Of a stretch of DNA of 64,000 bases, positions 60,769 through 64,000 are shown in pieces. Below the pieces are notes generated by a model, which saw nothing but the letters and a program-made list of their open reading frames with translations, was not told where the DNA came from and did no database searches. This DNA comes from Bdellovibrionales bacterium (GTDB taxonomy: Bacteria; Bdellovibrionota; Bdellovibrionia; Bdellovibrionales; UBA1609): the NCBI GenBank assembly GCA_965219095.1, contig OZ244719.1, forward strand, positions 224,001 through 288,000, given 5' to 3'. Both the position numbers and the translations under genes were made by a program. Position 1 is the stretch's first letter; each line of letters starts with the position of its first letter.

Positions 60769-61320
60769 AGAATATATCTTAAACCAAAATCCAAAAAAAG
60801 TAAATAAAAATCCCCTTTTTTCAAATTTTTTTTATTTATTTGTATTTTTTACATAATAAAGAGCCTAACTGCAATTCACTAGTGCAACCTTTTCTTTCAT
60901 CATAACCTCATAAGGTGTTAAATAAACTACTCGTTTGTTAAGAAAATAGTACATGAAGGAAATACTAATAACAAAAAGCTCTGTATCGTTAAATAAAATT
61001 TACATCCATAACTTTTTTAAAAAATGGCTTAATAATTCTACTTTTTCTTGTTAATATCTTTCTAAGAGAAATGAGGGTTTTTAGAAATTTTTAAATAAAA
61101 ATGGAAAGGAGACAAGAATGAAAATAAGGAATAAGAAAAAAAATTCTTCATCATTATCCTCTCATAGCCAAAATTTAGGCTCTTATAATGTAGTTACAAG
61201 AGAGTTTTTTACTACCGGAAATAGACACAAAGCTACAAAAATTTTCTTTCAGGGCTGTCTTATAGAGAAAAAATATTATATTTTCGAACAATAACGAAAA
61301 ATCTCCTTTTTTTTGTTTCG

Positions 61321-61344
61321 AGGCCTTTTCATTTGAAAAGGCCT
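61321..61344. terminator. Hairpin AGGCCTTTTC-ATTT-GAAAAGGCCT
   Basis: Perfect 10-bp stem; T-rich on the + strand; overlaps the stop of the truncated RCC1 paralog. Confidence 0.5.
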
Positions 61345-61736
61345 TGTTTTTCTCCTAACTGACCAGATGTTCTTATTCCCCAACACCATACCCGTCCCCT
61401 TTCTGAAACAGTACAGGTATGGTTGCTTCCTGCAGAAATAGAACTGATAGTTTCTAAGAAAAAAGAGTTTTTGCTTTGTATGTTTATTTTCACAGGATGA
61501 TGTTCTTGATAATCTGGACTAATTCTTTGACTTGTCAAGATACTTTTTCCATTTCCTAACTGACCATGGGTTCCATATCTCCAACACCATACCTGTCCCC
61601 TTTCTGAAACAGCACAAGCATGGCTTTTCAAATTAGTGATTCCTACGGAAATAAAGACGATATTTTCTGCCTCAGCGAGACAAAATGAAAGTATAAAAAA
61701 GACCTTTACCAATATAAAGTAAGCTATTATTTTCAT
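61329..61736 (-). pseudogene. Truncated RCC1-repeat paralog of 39980..41428
   Basis: Near-identical RBS, signal peptide and promoter; only ~2 repeats before a stop. Confidence 0.78.
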
Positions 61737-62087
61737 TTTACTCTCCTTTTTTGAATTTGAAAGTGTTTTAAGGTAGCATAAAAAAAAACATGTCAACTCT
61801 AAACTTAATCATTAAAAATTTAGGCTCCTCAAAAGAGCCTGTAAATTAAATTGTGTAACTGAAGATAATACACTGCATAGGAATGATGTCATCTCAAGTG
61901 GAAACAACTTGATCTAAAATGCTTGTGTACAACAACGCCCAACAATTCTAAAAAATACCTCTTTTTGCTTTTTACAGAAAAATAAAGTTGAGGAGCAAAT
62001 CTTCATTACTGAAGAAAGAATGTTTTTTAAAAAAGTAAAAGAATTTGTTTCTAGGTATTCTCAAGAAAAACCTACAACAAAAAATTA

Positions 62088-63608
62088 GCCTCCTCAAAAG
62101 AATCTGTGGGTTCCTGGAGGTTCTGGCAGTTTTCCAAGGTTATGATATAAGGCGATTTTTATAGCTTTAGAGGTTCTAAAGCCGTAAGATTTTCTCATAG
62201 TGAGTTTTACTTTGTTGTTTAAACCCTCTACAATCCCTGAGGAGAAGGTTTTTTTAGCCTTGAAGTAATTAAGGATAAGAGTTTTATGTCTTCGTATGGT
62301 TTTTGCTCTCTTTTCATAGGTTCAATTTTTGAAAGCATGACTCGTCTCGTCCAACTGTCTATAAATTTACCAGCCCAAGTTGGTGAAACATAGGTCCATA
62401 ACTGTCGGAAGTCTTCTTTTAAAAGATAACAGAGGATACTTTTTAAATTGTACTGTATTAAATGCCTTAATTTTACTTTTTCATAAGATTTTAAATTTTC
62501 TGCATTTTTTAACAAGGGCCATCTAGCTTTTGTTAAAAGGGGTTCATACCCGTCTTCTTTCATTTTTTTGTGTTCTGAAGCTCTCACTTCGTCTAAAGCC
62601 TTATTGAGTCTTGCTACGATATGAAACCGATCTAATATGTGTAAAGCTCCACTTGCCCTCTCCTTTATGACTTTTAAATAAGGCTTCCACATATCAGAGC
62701 ACACAAACCATATCTCTTTTGACTTCTCTCCTAGTAAATCAAAGAATTTTCTAAAACTCTTTTCTGTTCGTTTCTCTCCTATCCACAACAAGCGTACACG
62801 GGTTTTGCTTATTTCATAGACTAAGGTGAGATACTGATGGTTCTTTTTCCATTGTATTTCATCTACACCTATAGCTTGTATTCCCTTTAAAACCCTTTGT
62901 TTTAAACCATATTCTACGACCCATTCTACCGAAGCATAGACCTGATTCCAACTGACATGAAACTTACAAGAAACCTCTTTCCAAGACAGGTGACGACACC
63001 AGTCTGCTAAATACTTCATGTAAAAGATCGTTAAACTCTTCTTACCATCGGCCCAAGGTAAATACTCAACTTTTACCCCACAGCAAGGACAATTAACTCT
63101 TCTTACAAAATAAACAAAAAACACCCTGTAACTTAAAATAGGAAGGGATTCAAAGTCCCGTGATGATTTACTGCTGTCATACACTGAACAGGGCTTCTTA
63201 CAAACACTACAAAAAGCTTGGCCATTTTTACGAGCCTTAATAGGAACATTAATTGACTTTCTATCTTTTGAAAAATAAATGTCTCCGTATACAAAAGACT
63301 TCCATCTTAAACAATCATTTAGTATAGTCTTCAAAAGCATCTCTTCCCTCCTTTTTTTTTTTTTTGAATAACATTTTAAGGCATCTGGGAAGTAGGTGCT
63401 TCTTTTTTAAAATTTTAATGTAACACAGCAAATAAAAGCAAATAAAATGAATGTTTTTGAGTTCAATCACCGGAGGTGATAGAGGCCAGTAAGGGCCTCA
63501 AAGAACTCAAAAATACAAGATAGGATGTCTTAACTCTTGCTTTGATTAATATGAGCCTTTTTGGGGGATTTCTAGCTACTTTTCACCCACAGATTTCCGG
63601 AAGGAGCC
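62088..63608 (-). mobile_element. ISL3-family element, full length, frameshifted transposase (62228..63340)
   Basis: Near-identical to 31244..32763; flanks AAAAATTA / AAAATTTA (one mismatch). Confidence 0.92.
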
Positions 63609-63751
63609 AAAATTTATAAATTGATACAAAACTCAGTACAAAAAATTCAATTAAAAAAAGTCTTTCAAAACTCTACAATAAAGTTTTTAGTTTGGCTATC
63701 TTTTTTTTTAAAAAGAGTGGAATTGCCATCAATTCAAACGAAAAATTTAAG

Positions 63752-64000
63752 TCAAATAATAATTTTCATTGGTTTAATGTTTTTTGAAGTTACAGACAAG
63801 AGATAATCTTTGTCAAAATCAACATGCTTTGAATTCCAGATTCCTTCACAATCAATAGTAAAAAAATTATTTCTTCTTTTAGGATCTATCTTGTCAAAAG
63901 AAATTGACATTCCTTTCCCTATAGCTTTACTAATAGATTCCTTTAAAGTCCATCTTTCAAAAAAATAATGACATTGACTTTCTTTGGAAACAAGTTTTTT
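63752..64000 (-). CDS. Sfp-type 4'-phosphopantetheinyl transferase, C-terminal part (runs off the window)
   Basis: My translation: ...CHYFFERWTLKESISKAIGKGMSISFDKID...; WTLKE..KA.G.G is the PPTase signature; TGA ends at 63752. Confidence 0.8.
   Translation of the reverse strand, partial: KKLVSKESQCHYFFERWTLKESISKAIGKGMSISFDKIDPKRRNNFFTIDCEGIWNSKHVDFDKDYLLSVTSKNIKPMKIII

Noticed and set aside
60836..60903. ~22-codon minus-strand ORF with GAGG upstream of the XRE gene
   Set aside because: Too short to support without conservation or expression data.
61863..62087. Plus-strand frame with one internal stop between IS ends
   Set aside because: No recognisable motif.

Overview
AT-rich bacterial chromosome segment, probably Bdellovibrionota. 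This is an inference from a DUF4423/TIGR02147-like protein, a REC-DnaJ-TPR protein and a Lys-rich Zn-finger protein. Intact housekeeping blocks include ald, ruvCAB, efp-tamB-tamA-like, miaB-gammaCA-guaB-folE-queC, prs-rplY-pth-ychF, tRNA-Asp, pyk, a VKOR-DsbA fusion and lptD. They are separated by dense insertion-sequence 'graveyards' (IS3, IS5, IS66, IS256, IS481, IS630, IS1634, ISL3, probable IS110). Main observations: (1) four IS families have collapsed to 44-70 bp ends-only mini-elements, two of them still with target duplications. (2) An IS5 is split at CTAG by a 2.56-kb IS-bounded unit carrying an orphan secreted-protein gene and a probable orphan IS110 non-coding end, and a short copy of that gene is patched into the IS5. 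(3) An RCC1-repeat secreted protein family shows in-frame repeat shuffling and a shared promoter. (4) A tandem gene duplicate has diverged at many synonymous sites. (5) There is an XRE/DUF4423/acidic secreted peptide module. (6) An Sfp-type PPTase missed by the ORF track lies at the right edge. All family assignments come from motif recognition without database searches.
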